This document shows, in pieces, positions 31,037 to 32,000 of a DNA stretch of 32,000 bases. How positions within the stretch are numbered: the stretch's first letter is position 1; every line of letters begins with the position of its first letter. The notes beneath the pieces were generated by a model that worked only from the letters and a program-made list of their open reading frames with translations, had not been told where the DNA came from and did no database searches. This DNA is from Candidatus Electronema halotolerans (GTDB lineage Bacteria; Desulfobacterota; Desulfobulbia; Desulfobulbales; Desulfobulbaceae): NCBI GenBank assembly GCA_942493095.1, contig OW818675.1:1680001-1712000 (forward strand), in the 5' to 3' direction. The translations under genes were made by a program, and so were the position numbers.

Positions 31037-31248
31037 GCACTACGGAAGAAGGTTCCAGCCGGAAACGCCGCCGGAGAAGCGGCGGCAACCGCGTCTGTCA
31101 CTGCTGCAAGATGGAAGCGCCGTTTTGCCGGACCTGCCTCTGCGGCTTTGCCATCTGTCCGGCCTGCTTTGCGGAAAACACGTGGGGCATGAGCAACGGC
31201 CCAACGTGGATCTGCCCTGACTGCGAGCGGGTCCATCTGCTGGAGTAA
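31033..31248 (+). CDS. Small Cys-rich (putative zinc/metal-binding) protein, overlapping nikO by 4 nt
   Basis: 71 aa: NRVCHCCKMEAPFCRTCLCGFAICPACFAENTWGMSNGPTWICPDCERVHLLE; four-base overlap with the nikO stop implies translational coupling. Confidence 0.7.
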   Translation: MSTTEEGSSRKRRRRSGGNRVCHCCKMEAPFCRTCLCGFAICPACFAENTWGMSNGPTWICPDCERVHLLE

Positions 31249-31362
31249 TTTTTCCTGCCAATAACCCGCTTTCTACGCCCGCCACATCTTTCCTTGGGAA
31301 CGCCCGTTCCTGTTCTTGACAAGCAGCTCCTGTCTGGCTGATCAGCCACATAATGGAACTGT

Positions 31363-31707
31363 CTATTCAGCGGGCATCTTATCTTGAATCAGCGCAAGCT
31401 GGCTGTCCAAGCCGACCACCTGCTCCACGGGCAGGACAAAGGACATGCCAGTGCCGGGTTTGGCAAACTCGCCCGCCTGAGCAATGGCATCAAGAATGTC
31501 TTGGACAAAATGCTCCTCAATCAGCATCATGATGATGTCGCTGGGCGGCTCCAAGGTCAGGCTGAAAAAGGTTTTGGCCTCATGACAGCCTGTGCCCCTG
31601 CCGGACAGAATGGTGGCTCCAGTGGCTCCGGCAGCCTTGGCCGCCTCAACCACCTTGTCGGTGAGCGCAGGCTTGACCGTGGTGATGATGATCTTAAAGC
31701 GCATCAC
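31363..31707 (-). CDS. P-II-like nitrogen regulatory family protein
   Basis: [73 protein letters not shown]; ferredoxin-like P-II pattern; GTG 31707 or ATG 31704 start with an AAGGAG RBS. Confidence 0.82.
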   Translation of the reverse strand: MMRFKIIITTVKPALTDKVVEAAKAAGATGATILSGRGTGCHEAKTFFSLTLEPPSDIIMMLIEEHFVQDILDAIAQAGEFAKPGTGMSFVLPVEQVVGLDSQLALIQDKMPAE

Positions 31708-32000
31708 TTTGTTTCTCCTTGTTGCGTTCTTTTCTCTTCTTCCATGCTGCCAGCCATTCGCTGATCATGGCATAGCCCAGCACGGTGATGATCGGGCAGA
31801 GGCAGGCAAAGGCGATCATGCCAAAGCCGTCCAAAGCCGGATTGCGGCCCGGCACTGCTCCGGCCAGGCCAAGGCCAAGGGCGGCGACCAAAGGCACGGT
31901 CACGGTTGAGGTGGAGACCCCGCCGGAGTCGTAGGCCAATGGGATGATATTTTTCGGGGCAAAGATGGTCAGCAGGGTGACGAGCAGATACCCGGCAAGT
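31694..32000 (-). CDS. DUF1538 family integral membrane protein, C-terminal part (runs off right edge)
   Basis: Extending the track ORF to the edge gives [79 protein letters not shown], a typical DUF1538 pattern; overlaps the P-II-like gene start. Confidence 0.8.
   Translation of the reverse strand, partial: LAGYLLVTLLTIFAPKNIIPLAYDSGGVSTSTVTVPLVAALGLGLAGAVPGRNPALDGFGMIAFACLCPIITVLGYAMISEWLAAWKKRKERNKEKQSDAL

Noticed and set aside
31290-31310. Short palindrome GGAACG-CC-CGTTCC after the Cys-rich ORF as a terminator
   Set aside because: Only a 6-bp stem with a 2-nt loop and no T-tract; too weak to call.

Overview
This 32 kb window looks like an ordinary chromosomal segment of a Gram-negative bacterium. 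Family resemblance suggests a Desulfobulbales/deltaproteobacterial background, but that is inference only. Left to right: the 5' end of a minus-strand PhoD-like gene cut by the window edge, argS (+), then a minus-strand block (P-type Ca2+ ATPase, TerY-P-like Ser/Thr kinase, DUF374-type acyltransferase, two GT2 glycosyltransferases, fused eukaryote-type HisH-HisF). Next come a 1423-aa secreted repeat protein, an Rpn/PD-(D/E)XK nuclease-type transposase with a decayed paralogue tail, and a cyclophilin-FKBP fusion. The plus strand then carries waaA, carA, carB, ftsH and folP, followed by a small secreted protein (-), an ECF-type nickel/cobalt transport operon (M-L-K-Q-O plus a Cys-rich mini-protein, +), and a P-II-like/DUF1538 pair (-) cut by the right edge. 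I see no CRISPR array, rRNA, obvious tRNA, phage or canonical defence island, and no convincing wholly new system. The items most worth a second look are the repeat protein (three near-identical 585-bp tandem units plus 105/210-bp Ca-binding repeats), the HIS7-like HisHF fusion with an altered nucleophile elbow, the divergent kinase beside a Ca2+ ATPase, the dual-family immunophilin, the nickel operon with a His-rich NikO tail and a coupled Cys-rich ORF, the P-II/DUF1538 pair, and a REP-like palindrome with a hairpin and T-run between carA and carB.
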